Positions 17,034 to 25,396 of a DNA stretch of 64,000 nucleotides are shown one piece after another. Position numbers and translations under genes: made by a program. The DNA comes from an uncultured Flavobacteriaceae bacterium. Lineage in GTDB: Bacteria; Bacteroidota; Bacteroidia; Flavobacteriales; Flavobacteriaceae. Below the pieces are notes generated by a model. It worked only from the letters and a program-made list of their open reading frames with translations, was not told the DNA's origin and searched no databases. The stretch is taken from NCBI GenBank assembly GCA_949372605.1, contig CASIAE010000005.1, positions 10,009 through 74,008 on the forward strand, in the 5' to 3' direction. The stretch's first letter is position 1. Every line of letters starts with the position of its first letter.

Positions 17034-18107
17034 TTAGAGTTTTTTTGCCCCCTGACCAACTTGATCTTCAATAAATTGTCCCGCTTCACAGTACTGTGAT
17101 AATTCCTCTTGAATAAAAATCTTAATGGTTGGTATATGTGCTTCTGGATAAAGCAAGTGTACATTCGCTCCTGCATCTAAAGTAAAGCACAATGGAAGTT
17201 GAGTAGCTGATCTAAAATCCCAAATTTTATTGATTACAATTAAGGTATTGGGTTGCATTAAAATAAATCTCGGACTAGAGGTCATCATCATGGAATGCAA
17301 AGTGAGTGCTTCGGATTCTACAATTTCAATAAAAGCATCTAAATCTCCACTTATAATTATCTCACTGAGAAGTTCAAAATTATCATTGGCTTGTATGAAT
17401 CTGTTTTCAGCAAAAGGGTGTCCATTCATAAGCTGATGTCCAAGGCTGCTACTCACTTTTTTAGTACCTCGATCAATAATTAAAATGGTGTCCTGAAAAC
17501 TTTGGAAAACAGTATGAACTTTAGAGGTTAATGGCAGTGCAAAAAGGTCTGTGCTATTTTCAAATATGGTGTTTTCACCCCAAACAGTGAAAGGTCCTTC
17601 AATGCTTCTTGCAGCACTTCCTGAGCCAAGTCTTGCTAAAAAAGAAGCTTTGGTTTTAAACAAATCATCACTAAGCTTTGAGTTTAATCTTTTTTCCCAA
17701 TCCATAAGACATAAAGCTAGAGCTGCCATTGCTGAAGCTGAAGAAGCAATCCCACTGCTATGAGGAAAAGAATTACAACTGCTAATTGCCATGTGTTGAA
17801 ATTTTATCCCTGGCATGTAACTTGAAATTCGATCTAAGAATTGTTCAATTTTTGGGTGAAAATCCACTTGTTCTTTATTTTTAAACAGAAAAGAAAACCA
17901 AGAACTATTTTTAGACAAACGAGGAGTGAATTCAACTGTGGTCGTTGTTACGCATTTAGAAAGTGTTAAGCTAAATGATGGGTTCTTAGGAAGCTGATCG
18001 CCGTGTTTCCCCCAATATTTAACCAAGGCAATGTTACTGGGTGCTTGCCAAGTCGCACGGTGATTTATAGGCGAACTAGACTTAAAAATAAATTTTTTTT
18101 CATCCAT
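17034..18107 (-). CDS. mvaD: Diphosphomevalonate decarboxylase
   Basis: APSNIALVKYWGK, SSGIASSASAMAAL and ARLGSGSAARS motifs. Start taken at the internal Met (MDEKKF); the ORF extends to 18149. Confidence 0.85.
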   Translation of the reverse strand: MDEKKFIFKSSSPINHRATWQAPSNIALVKYWGKHGDQLPKNPSFSLTLSKCVTTTTVEFTPRLSKNSSWFSFLFKNKEQVDFHPKIEQFLDRISSYMPGIKFQHMAISSCNSFPHSSGIASSASAMAALALCLMDWEKRLNSKLSDDLFKTKASFLARLGSGSAARSIEGPFTVWGENTIFENSTDLFALPLTSKVHTVFQSFQDTILIIDRGTKKVSSSLGHQLMNGHPFAENRFIQANDNFELLSEIIISGDLDAFIEIVESEALTLHSMMMTSSPRFILMQPNTLIVINKIWDFRSATQLPLCFTLDAGANVHLLYPEAHIPTIKIFIQEELSQYCEAGQFIEDQVGQGAKKL

Positions 18108-18181
18108 CGAATACAAATATAAGCTTTTGAACTTCTTATTGAAAAGCATTAAAAGCTTAATTATTTAGGTTAGCTTTGAGT

Positions 18182-18664
18182 ATGCGGCGAAAATTATTAT
18201 TTCACGTTTTAATTGGTGTTTTAACCTGTCTTGCAGTGGGTTACTTTTCAAGTATGGCCACTCGAATTTCTGTCGATACTTGGTACCCAACCCTTAAAAA
18301 ACCTTTTTTCAATCCACCCAATTGGCTGTTTGCTCCTGTATGGACTATACTCTATTTTTTAATGGGAATTGCTGCTGGTCGAATTTGGTTTTTTGGGCTA
18401 CATCATCGCTGGGGAAAAACTGCTTTGTATCACTTTGGATTCCAGTTGATTTTCAATGGACTTTGGTCTCTAGTGTTTTTTGGACTAAAAAACCCTGTTT
18501 TAGGACTCGTTGTGATTATAATGCTATTAATTTTAATTGAACGTTCGATCAAATGGTTTAAAATGGTTGATTTGTTTTCGGCTAGATTGCTTTATCCCTA
18601 TTTGGTATGGGTTGCTTTTGCAACCATATTAAATGCAGCAATTGTTGTCCTAAACTACTTATGA
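18182..18664 (+). CDS. tspO: TspO/MBR family tryptophan-rich sensory protein
   Basis: 5-TM, Trp-rich protein with PPNWLFAPVWTILYFLMG. First ATG at 18182 (TTG at 18176). Confidence 0.85.
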   Translation: MRRKLLFHVLIGVLTCLAVGYFSSMATRISVDTWYPTLKKPFFNPPNWLFAPVWTILYFLMGIAAGRIWFFGLHHRWGKTALYHFGFQLIFNGLWSLVFFGLKNPVLGLVVIIMLLILIERSIKWFKMVDLFSARLLYPYLVWVAFATILNAAIVVLNYL

Positions 18665-19232
18665 AATAAGTTAATTTTAAAGTATTTTCGTAACTTAACA
18701 TGTAATTCAAGCCTTAAATTAAAATTATTTTTTTTTAAATCAACTTTAGCAGAAATCTCTTCATCAGTTTCATTTTTCTGTTTTTTGTTCGTTAGTATTT
18801 CTTAAACATCATGGCCATAAATTATTTTCTAATCACACGATAAATATACCTTTTAAAGTAAAAGTTAGAATGGGATTAATTGCCTTTGGTGTCTTGTTTA
18901 TATCATATATTGTTTCATTGCTTTACGGTAATTGGTCGAGGAGAATTACAGCATAAAATCAGGTTTTAATATAGGCGCATTGATCGATTTTTTGTTTGAT
19001 TCGGAATTGGTCATTTCGCCTATGAAACTTCAAACCTAATGAATCTATAAGATTCTTTAGCAGATGCTGTTTGCAGCTTTTTATATCATTGTATTACAGT
19101 AGTATTGATCGTTTTAATTTACAAGATATTGAATCCATTAAAAAAAATAGTTTAAGGTTGGCTTAATAGTAGAAAAAACAGGAAGTGAAGGAGTTTTATC
19201 ACAATATTTTCTTTAAATAATCTAAGAATAAT

Positions 19233-19553
19233 TTATTCTGGAGCTAACTCCACGGTAAGTCCTTCAAGTGCATTTGAAATATGAATTTGACACCCTAATC
19301 GACTGTTTTCTTTTACATGAAAAGCTTCAGATAGCATGGCTTCTTCGTCGTCAGATTTTTGAGGTAAATTATGTTTACTCACCAAATAACATTGACAGGA
19401 AGCACACATTGCCATGCCTCCACAAGTACCTTCAACAGGAAGTTCGTAGGCCTTACAGACTTCCATAAGGTTCATTGCCACATCGGTAGGAGCTATCAGT
19501 TCGTGTGATTTCCCCTCTCTGTCAATAACGGTGACTGTAACGTCTTGATTCAT
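19233..19553 (-). CDS. 2Fe-2S ferredoxin (adrenodoxin/putidaredoxin type)
   Basis: CGGMAMCASCQC and LGCQI cysteine ligand pattern. 106 aa. Confidence 0.85.
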   Translation of the reverse strand: MNQDVTVTVIDREGKSHELIAPTDVAMNLMEVCKAYELPVEGTCGGMAMCASCQCYLVSKHNLPQKSDDEEAMLSEAFHVKENSRLGCQIHISNALEGLTVELAPE

Positions 19554-19555
19554 TT

Positions 19556-20608
19556 CTATTTAATTGCTTTAATTGTAGATTTATTGGCTTCTTTTCTGCT
19601 GCCATCAAAGCCAGTCACACCACTAACGGTAGTATACTTTAACACATTCTTTTTATCAGGATAAATCCTTTGAAAAGCACTTTGACACATTAGGGTGGCT
19701 TCATGGAAGCCACAAAGAATGAGTTTTAACTTGCCTGGGTAAGTATTTACATCCCCGATGGCATAGATTCCCGGGATATTGGTTTGATAATCTAAGCTAT
19801 TGTTAACCTTGATTGCATTTTTTTCGATTTCTAAACCCCAATCTGCAATTGGGCCTAGCTTGGGCGTTAACCCAAAAAGGGGGATGAAATAATCCGTGGC
19901 AATCGTCTTTATCTTTTTTTCATTAGATACAACAATTGACTCTAAAAAATCCTGCCCTTGAAGTTCTATAACCTCTGCAGGAGTAATTAATTTAACTTTA
20001 TTGTCATCTTTTAATTTTTGGACTTTTTCAACCGAATCTAACGCACCACGAAATTCATCTCTTCGGTGAATCAAAGTGACTTCTTTAGCAATATTCGCTA
20101 AAAAAATAGTCCAATCTAGTGCCGAATCTCCTCCCCCAGCAATAACAACTTTCTTGTCACGATATTTTTCAGGATCTTTAATCATGTAGTCAACGCCATG
20201 GTTTTCAAACTTTTCAAGATCAACTAAGTTGGGCTTTCTCGGCTCAAAAGTTCCCAAACCTCCAGCAATAGCAACTATAGGAGCTTGATGCTTTGTACCT
20301 TTGTCTGTGGTGACAATAAATTCATCAGATGAGTTTTTTTCGATAGTTTGAGCACACTCACCCAAGGTGAAGCCCGGTTGAAAAGGACTGATTTGCTTCA
20401 TCAAGTTATCTACTAAATCCCCTGCCAAAATCTCAGGCTGAGAAGGAATGTCATAGATGGGTTTTTTTGGATAAATCTCTGAACATTGACCCCCTGGAAT
20501 TGGAAGTGAATCTATTAAATGACATTTTAATTTAAGTAAACCTGCTTCAAAAACAACGAATAAGCCTGTCGGTCCAGCGCCAATAATAATAATATCTGTT
20601 TTCACCAT
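19556..20608 (-). CDS. Thioredoxin-reductase-like ferredoxin-NADP+ reductase
   Basis: IIIGAGPTGL FAD motif and VIAGGGDSALDW NADPH motif. It lacks the redox CxxC of TrxR. 2 nt from the ferredoxin gene. Confidence 0.85.
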   Translation of the reverse strand: MVKTDIIIIGAGPTGLFVVFEAGLLKLKCHLIDSLPIPGGQCSEIYPKKPIYDIPSQPEILAGDLVDNLMKQISPFQPGFTLGECAQTIEKNSSDEFIVTTDKGTKHQAPIVAIAGGLGTFEPRKPNLVDLEKFENHGVDYMIKDPEKYRDKKVVIAGGGDSALDWTIFLANIAKEVTLIHRRDEFRGALDSVEKVQKLKDDNKVKLITPAEVIELQGQDFLESIVVSNEKKIKTIATDYFIPLFGLTPKLGPIADWGLEIEKNAIKVNNSLDYQTNIPGIYAIGDVNTYPGKLKLILCGFHEATLMCQSAFQRIYPDKKNVLKYTTVSGVTGFDGSRKEANKSTIKAIK

Positions 20609-20612
20609 TAAA

Positions 20613-20855
20613 CTAGGACGTTATACTTACAACTTTTTCGATTTGTGGAACGTACTTTTTAATGGTCATCTCTACCCCTGATTTCAGGGTCATTTGATTG
20701 ACCGTGCAGGAAACACATGCACCGTGAAGTTGAACATTTACTATTTTATCCTGATCAATAGACACCAAAGAGATGTCTCCACCATCAGATTCGAGAAAAG
20801 GACGTATTTCCTCTAGGGCGATAAGAACTTTTTCTCTTATTTTTTTTGAGTTCAT
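20613..20855 (-). CDS. NifU-like C-terminal domain Fe-S scaffold/carrier protein
   Basis: 80 aa, with GGDISLV ... HGACVSCTV motifs. Confidence 0.85.
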   Translation of the reverse strand: MNSKKIREKVLIALEEIRPFLESDGGDISLVSIDQDKIVNVQLHGACVSCTVNQMTLKSGVEMTIKKYVPQIEKVVSITS

Positions 20856-20859
20856 AGTT

Positions 20860-21990
20860 TTATTTTATGGCTGAACAGCCGACCATACTAGTGATTTCCA
20901 CAGCTTTTGTTGGGGGCAAGGTCGTATTTCTTTTTAACAATTGTGCGACCAAATTCTGAGTTACTTCAACTAAAGATTTCTCTATTTCAGTGCCATCCTG
21001 TAATGCTGCTGGTCTTCCAACATCTGCAGCTTCTCTTATGCTTTGAACAAGGGGCAAAGCACCCAAAAATGGAACGTCTTTATCTTTGGCCAGATTTTCA
21101 GCCCCTTCTTTACCAAAGATATAATATTTATTGTTTGGCAATTCATCTGGTATGAAATAAGCCATGTTTTCAATAATCCCTAGCAAAGGAACGCTTATGC
21201 TCTCTTGGGCAAACATCGCAATTCCTTTACGAGCGTCTGCAAGAGCAACATTTTGCGGCGTGCTTACGACAACTGCCCCAGTAAGGGGTAAAGACTGCAC
21301 AATGCTTAAATGAATATCTCCTGTTCCTGGAGGCAAATCAACCAATAAAAAATCAAGTTCGCCCCAAGCGGCATCAAAAATCATTTGATTCAGCGCTTTG
21401 GCGGCCATCGGTCCTCGCCAAATAACTGCCTGATCAGGTTTTGTGAAAAAACCTATTGAAAGAACTTTAACTCCATAGTTTTCAATAGGTTCCATTTTTG
21501 ATTTCCCATCAATGTTTATTGACATTGGTCGTGCGCCTTCAATGTCAAACATCGTTGGAATGGAAGGGCCATAAATATCTGCATCAAGTATCCCTACTTT
21601 ACAACCCATTTTCGAAAGGGTTACAGCGATGTTGGCTGTTACTGTGGACTTTCCTACACCTCCTTTACCGGATGATATTGCAATGATTGAATCAATCCCT
21701 GGTATCGACTTTCCCTTGATAGGTTTGACAGGGGGCGGTGGTGTGTTTACCTTTGTGTTGATTTTTATTTTAGCTTTTTCATAAACCTTTTGGTGAAGAA
21801 GTTCTAAAATGGTAAGCTCTAATTTTTTTCTAGCTTGGAGACTGGGGTTCGCCAAGGTTACATCCAGGTCGATTTGATCTCCGAAAATCATTATGTTAGT
21901 GATCGCTCCACTGTCCATTATATTTTCTCCTTCGCCTGGTTCGCAAATCGTTTTTAAAACAGCAACAACATCATTTTTATTGATTTTCAT
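20860..21990 (-). CDS. apbC: Mrp/ApbC/NBP35 family Fe-S cluster carrier ATPase
   Basis: Deviant Walker A ISSGKGGVGKST, an N-terminal DUF59-like domain and DLPPGTGD. Confidence 0.9.
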   Translation of the reverse strand: MKINKNDVVAVLKTICEPGEGENIMDSGAITNIMIFGDQIDLDVTLANPSLQARKKLELTILELLHQKVYEKAKIKINTKVNTPPPPVKPIKGKSIPGIDSIIAISSGKGGVGKSTVTANIAVTLSKMGCKVGILDADIYGPSIPTMFDIEGARPMSINIDGKSKMEPIENYGVKVLSIGFFTKPDQAVIWRGPMAAKALNQMIFDAAWGELDFLLVDLPPGTGDIHLSIVQSLPLTGAVVVSTPQNVALADARKGIAMFAQESISVPLLGIIENMAYFIPDELPNNKYYIFGKEGAENLAKDKDVPFLGALPLVQSIREAADVGRPAALQDGTEIEKSLVEVTQNLVAQLLKRNTTLPPTKAVEITSMVGCSAIK

Positions 21991-22051
21991 TTGATAATAT
22001 CTTCTTTAAATAGGCTTACAAATATACTCCAATCTGCTTGGAAACAAAAGT

Positions 22052-22393
22052 TTACAAATCAAATTCGAAAGGAGGTAGATAAAGCGATGGATTCCAAAAA
22101 AAATCCTTAAAATTAAGGATTTGATTGTCCTTAATTGTTAGGCCTTCATTCTCCAGAAGCTGTTGCATTAAGTTGGTTCCAGAAAAGTGAAGTTTACCAG
22201 ATAAGAGTCCATTTCTATTAACCACTCTGTGAGCAGGAACATCAGGTGAATTATGAGAAGCGTTCATGGCCCAACCAACCATCCTGGCGCTTTGAGGCGC
22301 ACCCAAATAGGTTGCTATTGCCCCATAAGAGGTAACATAACCTTCTGGTATTTTCTTGACTACTTCATAAACATTACTAAAAAAATCAGACAC
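22052..22393 (-). CDS. MGMT-family alkyltransferase-like (ATL) protein, non-catalytic
   Basis: DNA-binding domain of O6-alkylguanine transferase, with PAHRVV in place of the active-site PCHRV. Confidence 0.8.
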   Translation of the reverse strand: MSDFFSNVYEVVKKIPEGYVTSYGAIATYLGAPQSARMVGWAMNASHNSPDVPAHRVVNRNGLLSGKLHFSGTNLMQQLLENEGLTIKDNQILNFKDFFWNPSLYLPPFEFDL

Positions 22394-22450
22394 TATTTAA
22401 ATTTAAATTGAGTGTAAGTAATCGGTTTCCCTTCTGCAAGAAACATCTTT

Positions 22451-23068
22451 TCATAAAACGTTTGAACCGAAGGTGGCCTCCGAAGGAGAATAATCATTAT
22501 TATATATATTGTGATGGGCATATAATATCTCATAAGCGCTATCATTCAATATCCCAAGAGTGTACCCATGTAGGAACTCACTGTCCGTTTTTAGATGCAT
22601 AACACCGTCTGGAGCAAGAACTTGTTTGTACTGATCTAAAAGTTTTGGGCAAGTCAACCTATGCTTGGTCCGTTTGTGTTTTATTTGAGGATCCGGAAAA
22701 GTAATCCATATTTCAGCAACCTCACCTTTATCAAAAAGTTGCGTAATGAGTTCAATTTGTGCCCTAATAAAAGCCACATTAGAAAGGTCGTTTTCTAAAG
22801 CAGTCTTTGCTCCTCTCCAAAAACGAGCCCCTTTTGAATCTATACCTATAAAATTTTTTTGAGGATTTAATTCCGCCAGATGAACGGAGTATTCCCCTTT
22901 CCCGCAACCTAACTCGAGCGTGATCGGATTATCGTTTTTAAAATACTCACTATGCCACTTGGCCTTAAGCGGAAAAGATTTTAGCAGTAAATCTTCCCTT
23001 TCAGGTTGAATAACGTTTGAGAAAGTACTATTCTCTCTAAATCTTTTTAATTTATTTTTGCTTCCCAC
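22451..23068 (-). CDS. trmB: tRNA (guanine-N7)-methyltransferase
   Basis: LELGCGKGEY SAM motif and FPDPQIKHKRTKHRL. GTG start. Confidence 0.85.
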   Translation of the reverse strand: MGSKNKLKRFRENSTFSNVIQPEREDLLLKSFPLKAKWHSEYFKNDNPITLELGCGKGEYSVHLAELNPQKNFIGIDSKGARFWRGAKTALENDLSNVAFIRAQIELITQLFDKGEVAEIWITFPDPQIKHKRTKHRLTCPKLLDQYKQVLAPDGVMHLKTDSEFLHGYTLGILNDSAYEILYAHHNIYNNDYSPSEATFGSNVL

Positions 23069-23131
23069 AGGTTTAATCTATATAGCGAAAATAGAGATTT
23101 GAATTCTAATATTACTCAAGTAATTTTAATT

Positions 23132-24175
23132 TTAAGTCTTTTGAAGTGTAAATGAAAATTCCGAACCTACACCTGGTGAACTTTCAACAAATATTTTTTC
23201 TTGATGTGCTTCAATAATGTGCTTGACAATTGCAAGCCCCAAACCTGAGCCTCCTTGTTCTCTGTTTCCAGATTTATCTACCCTATAGAAACGCTCAAAA
23301 AGCCTTGGCAGGTGTTCTCTTTCGATACCCTCTCCATTGTCCGTAACCCTCACTATAACTTTCTCATCATTAAGGTCTTGAATGGTAATCTCTGTAGTCC
23401 CTTTGTTTACTCCATATTTTAACGAGTTGATCACCAAATTGGTTAACACCTGTTGAATTCTCTCCTCATCGGCATTTACAAGTATCGGTTGGGACTTTGT
23501 GTTCTCAAATGAAAGTATGATTTCACTCTTATTGGCCTGCATTTCAAAAAGTTCAAATACATTTTTAACTAGTTTTACAATATCAAAATCAATTCTTTCA
23601 ATGGATTTTATTCCAGATTCGAACTGAGTGATTAAGTCCAAATCTTTAACTATATAAACAAGTCGCTCAACTCCTTTGGCCGTTCTTTTAAGGTACTTTT
23701 CTCTTAAACCCTTATCATTTACACCGCCTTCTAGTAGAGTTAAAACATAACCCTGAATTGTGAATAGCGGAGTTTTTAATTCATGAGATATATTTCCAAT
23801 AAACTCTTTCCTATGGCTTTCTTTGTCTTTAAGCACTTCAATTTCAAGCTTTTTATCATCCGCAAATTGACGAAGACTGTCTTTTAAGGATTCCATATCG
23901 GACTCGATTGACTCTCTATTCTCAGAAAACCCAGAAGGGGAAAGGTCATCATATATGCCTTTTAGCTTTCTCAGGATAGAACGTTCAATCCTAAGGTGAA
24001 GTAATAGAATCGAGAATACAAAAAACACCAAAATTAAGACTGATCCAAGCATAACATCTTGAAAGGTGAATTTAACTGAACTGAAAAAATAAAAAACAAC
24101 AGAAACAACAAGAAGGGGGGTCATCAGTAGGACCGAAAGGTTAAATGCTATTTTATAATTCTTAAATATAAACAC
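23132..24175 (-). CDS. Sensor histidine kinase (two N-terminal TM helices)
   Basis: H-box NISHELKTPL, N-box LINSLKYG and G-boxes DNGEGI / GGSGLGLAIVK. 5 nt downstream of the response regulator. Confidence 0.85.
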   Translation of the reverse strand: MFIFKNYKIAFNLSVLLMTPLLVVSVVFYFFSSVKFTFQDVMLGSVLILVFFVFSILLLHLRIERSILRKLKGIYDDLSPSGFSENRESIESDMESLKDSLRQFADDKKLEIEVLKDKESHRKEFIGNISHELKTPLFTIQGYVLTLLEGGVNDKGLREKYLKRTAKGVERLVYIVKDLDLITQFESGIKSIERIDFDIVKLVKNVFELFEMQANKSEIILSFENTKSQPILVNADEERIQQVLTNLVINSLKYGVNKGTTEITIQDLNDEKVIVRVTDNGEGIEREHLPRLFERFYRVDKSGNREQGGSGLGLAIVKHIIEAHQEKIFVESSPGVGSEFSFTLQKT

Positions 24176-24180
24176 AAATA

Positions 24181-24873
24181 TTACAAGTTAAGTGGCACAA
24201 ATTTATAACCAACTCCTTTCACCGTTTTAAAATATTTATCACCGATTTTTTCTCTTAATTTTCTGATATGAACATCAATGGTTCGGTCTCCCACAACAAC
24301 CTCACTACCCCAAATAATTTCCATTATTTTTTCTCTTTTAATAACTTTTTCTTGTTTTGAGGCCAACAAAAAGAGTAATTCAAATTCCTTTCTTGGCAGT
24401 GAAAAAATCTTACCATCAAAAGTAACCTTATACTCTTCCCTATCAATGATTAGTTTTCCTATTTTTAATTTCTGTTCGTTTTTATCCTCATCCCTCAACC
24501 TCCTAAGAAGCGCTTTTACCTTAGAAACCAAAATCTTTGGTTTGACCGGTTTAGTGACATAATCATCTGCACCAGCATCAAAAGCAGCTACGTGAGAGTA
24601 ATCCTCGCCTCGTGCAGTAAGAAACATTATGATAGTTTCTTTGAAACGAGGGTCTTTTCTCAACAGTTCGCAAGCTTCAATTCCGTCCATATTGGGCATC
24701 ATAACATCCATGATGATTAAATGAGGAACTTCTCTGTCCGCCTCTTCTAATGCCTTTTTCCCATCTCTTGCTGTTGAAATACTGTACCCTTCCTGAACTA
24801 AATTAAATCGAATAATTTCAATAACGTCTGGATCATCGTCAACCAATAAGATTCTTATTCCTTTTTTTTTCAT
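24181..24873 (-). CDS. OmpR-family response regulator
   Basis: Receiver domain (LLVDDD ... IIMDVMMP ... KP) plus a winged-helix C-terminus (TIDVHIRKLREK, GVGYKF). Confidence 0.9.
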   Translation of the reverse strand: MKKKGIRILLVDDDPDVIEIIRFNLVQEGYSISTARDGKKALEEADREVPHLIIMDVMMPNMDGIEACELLRKDPRFKETIIMFLTARGEDYSHVAAFDAGADDYVTKPVKPKILVSKVKALLRRLRDEDKNEQKLKIGKLIIDREEYKVTFDGKIFSLPRKEFELLFLLASKQEKVIKREKIMEIIWGSEVVVGDRTIDVHIRKLREKIGDKYFKTVKGVGYKFVPLNL

Positions 24874-24913
24874 TTACTTCTTATGTTTCACTAAAATATA
24901 AATTTAAATGGTG

Positions 24914-24925
24914 ATTAACGTTAAT
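24914..24925. repeat. 12-bp perfect palindrome ATTAACGTTAAT in a divergent promoter region
   Basis: Read directly from the sequence. Lies between the response regulator start (24873) and the T9SS mini-protein start (25014). Confidence 0.8.
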
Positions 24926-25013
24926 AAATAATTATCATATGCAATACATTTTACCCAATCCTTTTAATATTCATTACCTTTACAAGATATCAAACAATAC
25001 GATTTTTACAATT

Positions 25014-25367
25014 ATGCGTTCTTCTGTGTTTCTTACTTTTTTATTGTTTAGCGTTTTTGCTTCGGCGCAACCTTTTAATGAAGCATCTGGAGTAAACGCA
25101 ACGAACGATAGTTCGGCTATCGAAAAGACCATACAGAAATTAGACTTTAAGATTTACCCCAACCCAATGATTGGTGAATACTTAAACATAGATTCTCAAC
25201 GTTCTGAGGTAAAAAATATAATAATATTCAATGTTTTGGGTGAAGTAGTGTTTGAAAAAAAAACATTAGAAAACCGAATTATTCTTCAAAACCTCAAAAC
25301 TGGAATCTATCTTGTTAAGCTCATTCAAGGCAATCACATGGGTTTAAAAAGACTGTTGATTCCCTGA
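25014..25367 (+). CDS. Small secreted protein made of a signal peptide, a ~35-aa linker and a T9SS type A C-terminal sorting domain
   Basis: MRSSVFLTFLLFSVFASAQ signal peptide. KIYPNP ... GIYLVKL ... KRLLIP is typical of the Por secretion CTD. Start taken at the internal ATG, 25014. Confidence 0.7.
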   Translation: MRSSVFLTFLLFSVFASAQPFNEASGVNATNDSSAIEKTIQKLDFKIYPNPMIGEYLNIDSQRSEVKNIIIFNVLGEVVFEKKTLENRIILQNLKTGIYLVKLIQGNHMGLKRLLIP

Positions 25368-25396
25368 TTCTTCATGTATTTAGCACTTGAGTTTTA

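Noticed and set aside
24939-25013. Upstream extension of the T9SS mini-protein ORF
   Set aside because: The canonical signal peptide starts at the internal ATG 25014. The extension (MQYILPNPFNIHYLYKISNNTIFTI) lies in the promoter region and is not signal-like.
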